Shown: positions 1 to 9,235 of the stretch, piece after piece
Layout: each line of letters opens with the position of its first letter
How positions within the stretch are numbered: position 1 is the first letter of the stretch
Assembly: GCA_030429145.1 (NCBI GenBank)
Contig: JAUIDC010000001.1
Location: 30,001 to 62,000, forward strand
From: Candidatus Saccharimonadota bacterium
GTDB lineage: Bacteria > Patescibacteriota > Gracilibacteria > Absconditabacterales > Absconditicoccaceae
Length of the DNA stretch: 32,000 bases
Reading direction: 5' to 3'
Notes under the pieces: generated by a model
The model's input: the letters and a program-made list of their open reading frames with translations, nothing else
What the model was told of the DNA's origin: nothing
Databases searched by the model: none
Made by a program: the position numbers and the translations under genes

Positions 1-397
<397 letters not shown>

Positions 398-457
398 ATA
401 ACAACAATAAAGTAAATCTGTGAACGATTATAGTTTTTTGGCATCTGTTTTCCATAC

Positions 458-901
458 ATGCTTGAACAAATAAAAAAGTCCGTCGTAGCAAGATATAAGC
501 GAGATGATACAAAAGGTATTTTTTTATCGACTTTTGACAAAAAAGGCGAACTTTTAAACTCTCAAGGTGTGCTACATACCGATAAAAAGCTCGGGGATGT
601 CATAGAAAAACTCTATAAGTGATTTGCTGAGGATAATCTCAAAAAGATAGGATTGATCACTGTCGATATTGTGACTTCTCTTTTTGAGGAGACAAATATC
701 AGTAAAATACCATCAACTTCGGTAAAACAATACGGATTTTACGTGATTGATGCGAACAACAAATCCGGCGTGATACTTCCCAATACTAAATGAATCGCTG
801 ACGCGAAAAACGCACTCTTCGTGCTCAAACAAAAATATGGCATCAGCGGAAAGGTTAAAGTATTTCTTTTTACAACTGATAGAATTATTGTAACAACATA
901 A
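458..901 (+). CDS. hypothetical protein, 147 aa (weak AMMECR1-like C-terminal motif GVILPNTKGIADAKNAL)
   Basis: Open frame ATG 458 to TAA 899-901 with two in-frame TGA. Missing from the standard-code track because TGA splits it. Stop abuts the next ATG at 902. Confidence 0.55.
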
Positions 902-1489
902 ATGTATATAGGTAAAACTCTATGGAGGAAGCGCACATTTACACTGATTGAAATGCTTATTGTCATTGTGATAATAGGTGTTTTGGCAGCAGCGCTTGTT
1001 CCAAGGCTGAATTCAGTACAAGGAAGAGCAAGAGATACCAAAAGGAAAGCAGATCTCAGAAATATTGCTAATGGGTTGGAAATCTATCTATTGGACAATG
1101 GTACCTATCCTTCAGCCCAAAACACTCTTTGATCATGCTCCAACCCGCCAAATGGTTCAACATGCTATGTGTATAGCAACAATGCCTCTCTATGGATTTC
1201 TGGATTAAACACTATCCTTACGAGCATGCCTAAAGATCCTATAGAAAATGCTGCACAAAACAGCGTGTGAATATACGGCTCATGACCATGGGTAGACTGA
1301 TACTATATGTATGCGTATGGCAATGTTGCGAGGACAGCCGTGAACGGCAAAAATCATTTTGATCTCTACACACAGCTAGAAAATCGTAAAGACCCAGAGA
1401 GAAATGAACTACAACGTTATACATTTGGCTATACATATAATGCTCTCTATCCGACCTACTCACGACGAATGTATGCTATTAAACCATAA
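902..1489 (+). CDS. type IV pilin-like protein (prepilin-type N-terminal domain), paralog 1, 195 aa
   Basis: MYIGKTLWRKRT|FTLIEMLIVIVIIGVLAAALVPRL. Track ORFs 902..1132 and 1307..1489 share a frame and are joined through 4 TGA. C-terminal motifs MPKDPIEN and TQLENRKDPERN are shared with the other paralogs. Confidence 0.85.
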
Positions 1490-1501
1490 TCTATTATAAT
1501 A

Positions 1502-2074
1502 ATGCAAAAAAACATCGGATACAAAAAAACATTTACCCTCATCGAGATGCTCATTGTCATCGTCATTATTGGTATACTTGCAGCAGCACTTGTTCCAAGG
1601 CTAACAGCAGTGCAGGCAAGAGCGAGAGACAGCAAAAGGAAGGTTGATTTTAGAGCTATCTATAGTGCAAATGAGATCTACCTCATCGACAATGGTACCT
1701 ATGCACCAGTCAGTGGCTCATGTGCTATCAACACACTAGTATGATGTGTAGCACTCAGCTACAATAGTGCGCCATGGATCCCGACACTAACTGGATACCT
1801 AAACTCTATCCCTATTGACCCAGTCAATACCAATGGTGCACCTACCATCACAGGCAATTATTCATATATTTACTATAGAGTACTTGATACTCCTATCGAT
1901 ACCTACAGCCTTGTAACACAACTAGAAAATCAAAAAGACAATGACAGATGTGCGATACAGAACTATCAGTATACGGTCAGTTCTTGAGGAAGTACAGCCT
2001 CGCGATGTACACCTGCACTCGGTAATGCCTACACCTACGCTATAGCACCCAACATGGGCAATAGTAACTATTAA
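1502..2074 (+). CDS. type IV pilin-like protein, paralog 2, 190 aa
   Basis: MQKNIGYKKT|FTLIEMLIVIVIIGILAAALVPRL. Extended past TGA 1742-1744 and one further TGA to TAA 2072-2074. Motifs IPIDPVN and TQLENQKDNDRC. Confidence 0.85.
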
Positions 2075-2088
2075 CTCCTTATAACCAG

Positions 2089-2685
2089 ATGGGATATAGA
2101 AAAGCCACAGCTTTTACACTCATAGAGATGCTTATTGTGATAGTCATAATAGGTATTTTGGCAGCGGCTTTAGTCCCTAGGCTAAGAGATATACAAGAAA
2201 GAGGGAGAGATACAAAAAGAAAGGTTGATATCCGTCAAATCCGTAACGCTATAGCTATATATTATGCAGACAACTCTTCTCTTCCTCAATATAAACCTCA
2301 GACCTCTTGTGGATGATCACAATCGATCCTTGCTGTCAGTTCTGGCACATGTTGATGACAATGGTTGACCACTTCTACGTCTTTTTATACTATTATGTCT
2401 TCTGTCCCCGTCGATCCTGTCAATCAATGATATCCTCACGCAGTATATGGAGATAGCAACTATATATATACCTATCTCAACGGAACATGAAGTATATTTG
2501 TCACCCCAGATAGGGATTATCTGCTTGCCACTCAACTAGAAAACACCAAAGATCCCGATAGATGTGGTATAACACCTTACTATTACCTACACACGGCATC
2601 TGCAACATGAGGCCCTTGGTGTCCTCCACATTCTGGATATCTTGACACAAATAGAAGTCAAAGAATCTATGCTCCCAACTATTAA
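2089..2685 (+). CDS. type IV pilin-like protein, paralog 3, 198 aa
   Basis: MGYRKATA|FTLIEMLIVIVIIGILAAALVPRL. Six in-frame TGA, ends TAA 2683-2685. Motifs VPVDPVN and TQLENTKDPDRC. Confidence 0.85.
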
Positions 2686-2711
2686 TCTTTATATACTAGA
2701 GCTGTTTTACT

Positions 2712-2924
2712 ATGAGTACAGAAAAAGCAAAAGGTGCATTGTTTGGAACTCTGAGTGAGTTCTGGAAAGCAGGCACACAAGAGCTTAGTAAAAATATGTC
2801 ATCGGTGATGACAACGCCTTCGGCGAAGAACGCTCCCAAGAGTGGTAATTTTATCTCGCCAGAGTTAGAAAGACGGGAAAAAGATTTGATAGAAGAAAGA
2901 AAAAATACTATTATCAATGAATAA
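2712..2924 (+). CDS. hypothetical small protein, 70 aa
   Basis: Uninterrupted ORF ending in TAA, same strand as its neighbours. No recognisable domain. Confidence 0.4.
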   Translation: MSTEKAKGALFGTLSEFWKAGTQELSKNMSSVMTTPSAKNAPKSGNFISPELERREKDLIEERKNTIINE

Positions 2925-2947
2925 TCTGAATGCTGTAATTACTCATT

Positions 2948-3868
2948 ATGACCATAGAGATGAACAATAAAATGTTGAAGAAAGGTTTTGTGATACTTTT
3001 AGGAGCTGCGCTTTACGTGCGAGGGCTTTATCATGGCTACCTCGATCCACAGCGATGAGGCTGGATGTTTGCGACTGCACTCCTCTATATCATGATGCAC
3101 TACGTAACGCTGTCACGGAGTGATACCGTGCATAAGTATAGATGGTTTGTGCTTATGTTCGTATTGATCATCACTGGGATAGTCATCACTCGCACAGGAA
3201 GTGTCTGGATAGGTTTAAGTGTCCTTTTGCGGCACGCAGCACTACGAGGAGTTATGCACTCGCTCGAGAATATACTCTCGACCCGCAAGAAGTTTAAAAA
3301 GAGTGTGTTTTTTCAGGCAGGTGGAGCACTGTTTTCTATCTTCTTTACCCTCAGCTTCATCACTGCATTTATCGGAAGAAACGAGAAGTTTAACCTCACC
3401 TGTGATGATATCTATGATGCAGGGTTTGCTGTGGTTAACTATAGCGAAGAAAAGTTTAATGTTGGCTGGCACCAGATAGAAGCTTGGCAGGCTCACATGC
3501 TCGGAGAGGTAATCTCTGGTACAGGCGATGAGGTAGAACTACCAGAAGGACTTTCATGATTTGATGATGGGAGCTTTGCAGCGATGCTTCAGACCTACAA
3601 ACAGCAGTTGATTGATGAGACGATAGCTAAGCAGAAAGACGTGAATCAAAGAGTATGTCAGGTCTTTGTTGATCAGATCAAAGATCTTTATCAGAAGCCT
3701 TCATTTAGAGTGTCGGTCATCATCTTGATGTTCTTAGTTATCTCACCTCTTCTTAGGATCACACTCTTCATCATCAGTGGTATCAACATCCTACTCTTTA
3801 TGATACTGAAGAAGCTTGGAGCATATACGATCACGAAGGAGACAGTCGAAGTCGATAAAGTAGAATAA
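2948..3868 (+). CDS. hypothetical multi-pass membrane protein, 306 aa
   Basis: Track ORFs 3065..3559 and 3584..3868 share a frame and join across TGA 3557-3559. The frame stays open upstream through TGA 3056-3058 to ATG 2948 (alternative starts 2960, 2972, 3065). Several hydrophobic helices. Confidence 0.6.
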
Positions 3869-3870
3869 GA

Positions 3871-3900
3871 AAAAACTCACCACTATGGTGAGTTTTTTTA
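3871..3900. terminator. bidirectional intrinsic terminator between convergent genes
   Basis: A-run, stem ACTCACC/GGTGAGT (3875-3881 / 3887-3893), then a T-run. Confidence 0.7.
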
Positions 3901-3917
3901 TAATAGCATAATGTAGT

Positions 3918-4514
3918 TTAATAGTACCTCCTAAATGTTCCAACAACCTTGCCAACTATCTCCATGTTGTGTCTTGGATAGATTGGTTCAAAGTCATCAT
4001 TGGCAGGTTTAAGATACTTTCTGCCTTGGCTGTCTTTCATGAAATATTTCACGGTAAAGGTATCAACTTCGTCTACCACAGCAACAACCACATCACCTTC
4101 CGAAGGATTTTTCAGTGCCTGGTCGACGATCACCACATCTCCATCCATAATGCCCGCATCTTTCATACTATCCCCTTTTACCTTCACGAGAAAAGTCGTC
4201 TGAGGCTTTCTGACGAGAAATCCCTGGATATTGATCTGGTCTTGCACCTCATCAGTCGCAGAGGTTGGCACACCAGCTTGTACGTACTCAAATAGTGGCA
4301 ATGCCCCAAGTTTCTCTGTAGCTACATAGTCATCACCAAGCTTCATCACATAACCCTCTTTCTCAAGTCCTTTCATAAAAAGGTGAATACCACTCTTCGA
4401 AGCGAGACCAAACATCTCCATCAGAGTCGTATACGATGGGATGCTATAATTCTCAAAGTAGTACTCCTTGAGCCTCATCAGACGCTGCTGAAACTTATCA
4501 TAGATATCGTGCAT
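3918..4514 (-). CDS. lexA: LexA repressor (wHTH plus S24 self-cleaving peptidase), 198 aa
   Basis: N-terminal LexA-type wHTH (SIPSYTTLMEMFGLASKSGIHLFMKGLEKEGYV), Ala-Gly cleavage site in EYVQAGVP, catalytic GDSM and a downstream TVKYF lysine. No in-frame TGA; stop TAA. Confidence 0.9.
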   Translation of the reverse strand: MHDIYDKFQQRLMRLKEYYFENYSIPSYTTLMEMFGLASKSGIHLFMKGLEKEGYVMKLGDDYVATEKLGALPLFEYVQAGVPTSATDEVQDQINIQGFLVRKPQTTFLVKVKGDSMKDAGIMDGDVVIVDQALKNPSEGDVVVAVVDEVDTFTVKYFMKDSQGRKYLKPANDDFEPIYPRHNMEIVGKVVGTFRRYY

Positions 4515-4530
4515 AGTTGTACGATTAAGA

Positions 4531-4550
4531 TATAGAACGGTTGTTCTATA
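4531..4550. promoter_or_regulatory. candidate SOS (LexA) operator in the lexA promoter
   Basis: TATAGAAC-GGTT-GTTCTATA, with 8+8 perfectly inverted arms containing the Gram-positive-type GAAC-N4-GTTC core. Lies 17 nt upstream of the lexA ATG. Confidence 0.7.
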
Positions 4551-4580
4551 TTGTTTTTTTGAGGGAATGCAAGGGGAAAA

Positions 4581-5231
4581 TTACTGCAGACTCAAGCCAT
4601 ATTTTTTCATCCACGCAATAGCTTCTTCTTTATTCGGATACAAATCATCAACGACCTTCCAAAACCTCGGAGAGTGATTCATCTCACGCAGATGTGCCAG
4701 CTCGTGACAGATGACATACTCTATAATACGCTCTGGCATCTTGATCAGCTTCCAGTTGAGCCCGATATTCTTTTTGGATGAACAGGTTCATCGCTTGGTT
4801 TTTTGATCTCTGATATAGGTGTTGTTGTATGAGAGTTTGTGTTTGGCTACGATCTGTTTCGCTAGAGGGACGAGATATGATTTGGCATATGATTTGTATC
4901 GAAGCTTTTGTTTCGTGGGAGTCAAAAGATCTATACCGCTGGTAATCTGTTTCTGCTCGTGATCGATATCTACTCTCTTCTGGAGCGATTCATCATGAAT
5001 AAACTTATATTGCTCTCCATGGAGAAGAATATTCCCCTGCTCCACCGTGAATGCCCTCTTCGCATTTCTCATCTTCTCCAAAGCTTTGTGGATCCAAGGT
5101 TTTCTGCTTTCGATAAATTTCTCTACGTAACTATCGGTTACACGCTTGGGCACCGACACGATCACGCTTTCGTCAGCGAGAACTCTGATGCGGAGAGATT
5201 TGATGGATTTGCGTTGGATGGTGAGATGCAT
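4581..5231 (-). CDS. DUF45/YgjP-like zinc metallopeptidase (M48/SprT-like fold), 216 aa
   Basis: Track ORF 4788..5231 continues through TGA 4788-4790 into ...TCSSKKNIGLNWKLIKMPERIIEYVICHELAHLREMNHSPRFW (HExxH motif). Stop TAA 4581-4583. Confidence 0.8.
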
Positions 5232-5296
5232 CTATTGTTGATCAACAATGTGATAGAAAAAACAATTCAAGTACTTACAGAATTCCTATAATAAAT

Positions 5297-6448
5297 TTAG
5301 ATATTTTCATCTTCATTTAAATCCTCTTCCTCGCTGATATCGCTGTATGCCACATCTACCTTATAACGCCCTTCCTTTATTTTTGTAATTTTCAAACTAT
5401 CAAACCCTGCTTTAAGTAGTTTATCATAAGTTAGTAGCTCTTTTTCTTCAAGTCCTAATATCCCCCTTAGTAGCCATCCTTCTAGTGCATTATTGGGATT
5501 AGTCATAAGTGCTTTTCTATTTTCTTGGCACATCTTTGCACTCAGTATTTCTCCAGTTGGAGTTTCCAACAAAAATATAGTATCTCTATCCGGGAAAAAA
5601 TTAGAGTTCTCTTTGTGTATATGAGCAGGGACTGGAATATATAATTCTCCACTAGCTCTTGCTCTTCCTCCAGCGTTCCATTGATTGAGTCCACTTTTTT
5701 CAGCCACCACTTTCTTATCTTTATTACTCTGTTTAGTAGAATATAAAGGCAACAAAACATATTGATTTCATTCATTGACATCTGCAAACGCTCATAGTTT
5801 CTCTTCTTCAAAAAGTCTACTGAGCAACTCATAAGGGTCCTCTAATATGCCCACTTCTATTTTAAATGCATTGGCAGGAGTGACAAACTGTTTGTATAAC
5901 GTACTTTTTGAAGTATTAAACTGATATATGTCTTTTCATTCTTGAAAAGAGATACCTGATTTAGTTTCTTTGATATTACGAATATTGTCTTTATTTATTT
6001 TATTATATGGAGCTTCAAAAACGTGAAGAGAACCCTCTGCTCTTGCGATACAATGATATAAACTTTCAGTAATTCCATAAAGATTATTTGCTATCTCTAT
6101 TCTTTCATTTCTATAATCTGCAAGAAGATAAGCCAAATCTTTTGGGTCTTTATCTTTAAAATTTTTAGAAAGCTTATTAAATTCAGCTATTTTCTCAGTG
6201 GACTGACCTTTGGCAGATATGAATGTCTTGATTCATATCCCTAATCAGTCAAACTTTGCATCATATGCATTATCTTTTCTAGATAAGTTTTCTGCTTTAA
6301 AAGATCTACAGAAAATATTTTCGGTGATACGATAGTTAAGAATAGGTATTGGATTTTCACTAAAAAGCTTTGAAAGTGATCACATGATTTGTAGTAGTTT
6401 ACGATAATCATGTAGCTGTTCATTAGATTGAGACAAAAAGAAGCTCAT
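5297..6448 (-). CDS. type II restriction endonuclease candidate, 383 aa (family uncertain)
   Basis: Track ORFs 5297..5755 and 5936..6136 (both TTG artefact starts) join in one frame through 6 TGA back to ATG 6446-6448, with TAG upstream at 6452-6454. C-terminal SGLNQWNAGGRARASGELYIPVP resembles, from memory, the B3-like DNA-binding domain of NgoFVII/BfiI-type enzymes. N-terminal half has ...SRKDNAYDAKFDGLGIGIKTF, a possible PD-(D/E)xK-like core. Starts 14 nt after the MTase stop. Confidence 0.65.
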
Positions 6449-6462
6449 CAGCTATATATAAT

Positions 6463-7422
6463 TTATAAAACTTTTGCCATACATTCTGCAACTCTTTTCA
6501 TTAATGGGACAGTGACTGAATTTCATATTTGGTAATATAGTTTGCTATCTGCCAATGGAGGCAATATATAATCTTCTGAGTATCATTGAAATCTCAAACA
6601 TTCTCTAGGCACTAACTTCCTTATTCCAAATTTGTCCTTAATTAAAGGAACATTATGTCATCCTGTACCCATATTTGCAGTCAAAGTAGGACAAACATTA
6701 TTTTTATTTTCTCTGACATAGTGCCTTCTTCGCTGATATACAGTGTCGGCTGATTTAATAGACTTTACTAATTCTTTATAATACGGATGAGTTTTTCAAT
6801 AATAATATTTATTATCTTTTTTGTCATGATCAATAATATCCTTTATAGTTTTCTGAAGAGTCACTTTTTGGGGGAATTTAAAATTGGCATAATCCGGAAC
6901 CTTCTTTATATTAAAACCAACAATTATGACTCTCTCTCTGTTCTGGGGAACATTGGTATATTCCATAGTATTTAATACTTGATAGATGACATGATATCAT
7001 AGATCTTTCAAGACTTTCAATATCGTTGCTAAAGTTTTCCCTTTATCATGATTAATGAGTCATTTAACGTTCTCTAACAAGAATGCCCTAGGTTTATGAT
7101 ATTTAATTATTCTAGCAACATCAAAGAATAAAGTCCCTCTAGTATCCTCAAATCCTTTTCTGTGACCCGCAATACTAAATGCCTGACAAGGGAATCCTCA
7201 CAATAATATGTCGTGAGACGGAATTTCTTTTTCTTTAATCTTTGTAATATCTCAATGAGGAATTTCTCAAAAATTAGCCTCATATGTTTTTTGTACATTT
7301 GTATCAAACTCTGATGAAAAGACACATTTTGCACCCAGACTCTCAAACCCTAACCTAATACCACCAATACCAGCAAATAAATCTATAAAAGTTAATCCCT
7401 CAAGGGTATCTTTCTTAACCAT
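6463..7422 (-). CDS. DNA (cytosine-5)-methyltransferase, 319 aa
   Basis: All canonical m5C motifs present: [18 protein letters not shown] [G][17 protein letters not shown][G]L, VIII QNRERV, X QI[G]NSVTV. Nine in-frame TGA, several on motif glycines. ATG 7420-7422, TAA 6463-6465. Confidence 0.95.
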
Positions 7423-7507
7423 ATTGCAAATTTAATTTGACGACTAAATATATTATCTCTAATAAGTTATGATTCTTCTATACAAAATCAAATACAATAA
7501 CGTTAGA

Positions 7508-7577
7508 TTCCCGAACATATCCTAAAATCCCCTTGCATTCTCTCTCGAAAACCATATATTATTTCCGAACATATTCT
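7508..7577. promoter_or_regulatory. pair of 16-nt direct repeats in the divergent MTase/DUF134 intergenic region
   Basis: TTCCCGAACATATCCT (7508-7523) and TTTCCGAACATATTCT (7562-7577) match at 14/16 positions, 54 bp apart. Both contain CGAACATAT, a Cheo-box-like left half without the right half. Confidence 0.4.
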
Positions 7578-7599
7578 TTTTATTAATACAAAATGACGT

Positions 7600-7908
7600 A
7601 TGACTGCCGGAAGAAAGAAAAAATGCAGAACGATTGATTTTGATACAAATAATATGATATGTCACTGTTTTGGCCCAGTTTCATTACCCAAGAAAGATCT
7701 TGAATCATTAGAGAAGATCGTGCTCGGAGAAGATGAACTTCAAGCCCTTATCTACCAAGATAAAGAGTGATTGATAATGGATGAAGCGGCGAAGAAGATG
7801 GGAATATCCAAGACAGTTTATGCAGGCATCTATACATCTGCAAAGAAAAAACTGGTAGACGCGATCATCACCCCAAAAGTCGTGATGATTGACTGCCAAA
7901 AAGCATAA
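7600..7908 (+). CDS. DUF134 (UPF0251) family predicted DNA-binding protein, 102 aa
   Basis: MTAGRKKKCRTIDFDT...FGPVSLPKKDLESLEKIVLGEDELQALIYQDKE[G]LIMDEAAKKMGISKTVYAGIYTSAKKKL. Typical DUF134 layout with a sigma-r4-like HTH. One TGA at the conserved E-G-L. Confidence 0.75.
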
Positions 7909-7932
7909 TTTTTACTCTCTCCATGATATAAG

Positions 7933-8241
7933 ATGAAACAGATAACAGCACAAGAATTTGATCAGGCAATAGCAGAGTGAGTAGTCGTCGTAGACTTCTT
8001 TGCAGAATGGTGCCCGCCTTGTAAAGCATTGACGCCAGTTTTAGAGAACTACCAAGTGATCTATGGTGACAAAATTAAAATATACAAAGTAGACGTCGAT
8101 CAAGAACAAGGGCTTGCCATGCAACAAGGCATCACCGCCATGCCTACCCTACAATTTTTCAAAAATGGAACGCAGGTAAATATGGTAAGATGATTTGACC
8201 CAACAGCAATTATGGCCGCGATTGACGATATGTTGAAATAA
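7933..8241 (+). CDS. trx: thioredoxin (WCPPC active site), 102 aa
   Basis: MKQITAQEFDQAIAE[G]VVVVDFFAEWCPPCKALTPVL...MPTLQFFKNG. Two in-frame TGA; TAA 8239-8241. Confidence 0.9.
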
Positions 8242-8292
8242 TATAGACTTATACCATTAGATAGGTATAATATCTATCTAAAAACAAATCTT

Positions 8293-8802
8293 ATGAAAAA
8301 ACTAAAAATAATTCTTCACATCATTGCTCTCGTTATCAGTGCAGGCATACCTATTCTTGCAGTGCGTTCTCTACCAGAGTTTCCAGCTGAAGTCCCTGAA
8401 GAGACGGTTGCAACGATAAAATTTATCATCGGCTTCCCCATGTTCTTCTTTTTGTGGGGCCCTCTCACCATTGGGATGGGAGTATCTCCCCTGCTTCGTA
8501 AAAAAAATGCGACATGGAGGTGGGAAGATGCTTACAACCACAATTGGACTACAGCGAACAACAGACAAACATTTTGGAAAATCCTTAATACAAACTTCAA
8601 ACTGATGTCTATCGGATATGTTATACTATTTTCGATAGTAAACACCTTCTTCAATCTGATAGCTGGCGCAACCATATTTCAAGCTTTTAGTAATGCTCTG
8701 CTGGAAATACTAGTCTTAATATTCTATTTCTTAGCAATGATGGGCATCGGTTGGTGTATCATGTATCTCATCAATCGGAAAGATTATCGGTTGCCACTGT
8801 AA
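8293..8802 (+). CDS. hypothetical membrane protein, 169 aa
   Basis: Uninterrupted ORF with about 4 hydrophobic helices, ending in TAA. Confidence 0.6.
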   Translation: MKKLKIILHIIALVISAGIPILAVRSLPEFPAEVPEETVATIKFIIGFPMFFFLWGPLTIGMGVSPLLRKKNATWRWEDAYNHNWTTANNRQTFWKILNTNFKLMSIGYVILFSIVNTFFNLIAGATIFQAFSNALLEILVLIFYFLAMMGIGWCIMYLINRKDYRLPL

Positions 8803-8815
8803 AAAATATATTAAG

Positions 8816-8850
8816 AAAAAGGAGCTGGGAAAACCCTGCTCCTTTATTTG
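8816..8850. terminator. intrinsic terminator hairpin between convergent genes
   Basis: A-run, GGAGCTGGG-AAAA-CCCTGCTCC (one T.T mismatch), then a T-rich tract. Confidence 0.6.
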
Positions 8851-8869
8851 TTTCTTTAATCAGGCTGTG

Positions 8870-9235
8870 TCACTCGAAGAGACTGTGCATATAATGAACT
8901 ATGGTCGTCTCTTTTATTTTTTTGAAGCCTCCTTCACTACGTTCATACTCGTAGAGCCGGATCGTACCACCAAGTGGAACATGAGAGACAGTCGCTTCCC
9001 CACCGAAGACAAATGTGAGTTGACCAATCATGATCTCTCCCGTTTGAGTGTTAGGTGGTGTTGCAAAGGCAAAATCTCTGCGTTCATTGTGTGTTATTTT
9101 AACTACACAGGTGTTCCCTACCGTTTCCAACAACTCAAATGTAAAGTTGTCTTTGACGGCTTGTTTTTTCGATAACTCTTTGTCTCCACATGAAGTGAAA
9201 ACCAGCACGAGCATTGCAATAATTAATTGTTTCAT
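8870..9235 (-). CDS. putative lipoprotein, 121 aa to the TGA; under table 25 the frame stays open to TAG 8723-8725
   Basis: Signal peptide plus lipobox MKQLIIAMLVLVFTSC. The apparent natural end ...HYMHSLFE is a TGA (8870-8872). See findings. Confidence 0.65.
   Translation of the reverse strand: MKQLIIAMLVLVFTSCGDKELSKKQAVKDNFTFELLETVGNTCVVKITHNERRDFAFATPPNTQTGEIMIGQLTFVFGGEATVSHVPLGGTIRLYEYERSEGGFKKIKETTIVHYMHSLFE

Noticed and set aside
739-1041. Track ORFs lying antisense or out of frame inside well-supported genes: 739..1041(-), 1239..1463(-), 2317..2535(-), 3969..4295(+), 4908..5291(+), 5542..5832(-), 8371..8568(-), 17059..17778 (several), 18055..18267(-), 24731..25069(+), 25175..25435(+), 27359..27727(-), 29145..29570(+), 29688..30077(+), among others.
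   Set aside because: Each overlaps a CDS with clear family motifs on the other strand or frame, has no recognisable similarity, and is low-complexity or mirror-composition sequence. They are artefacts of six-frame translation.
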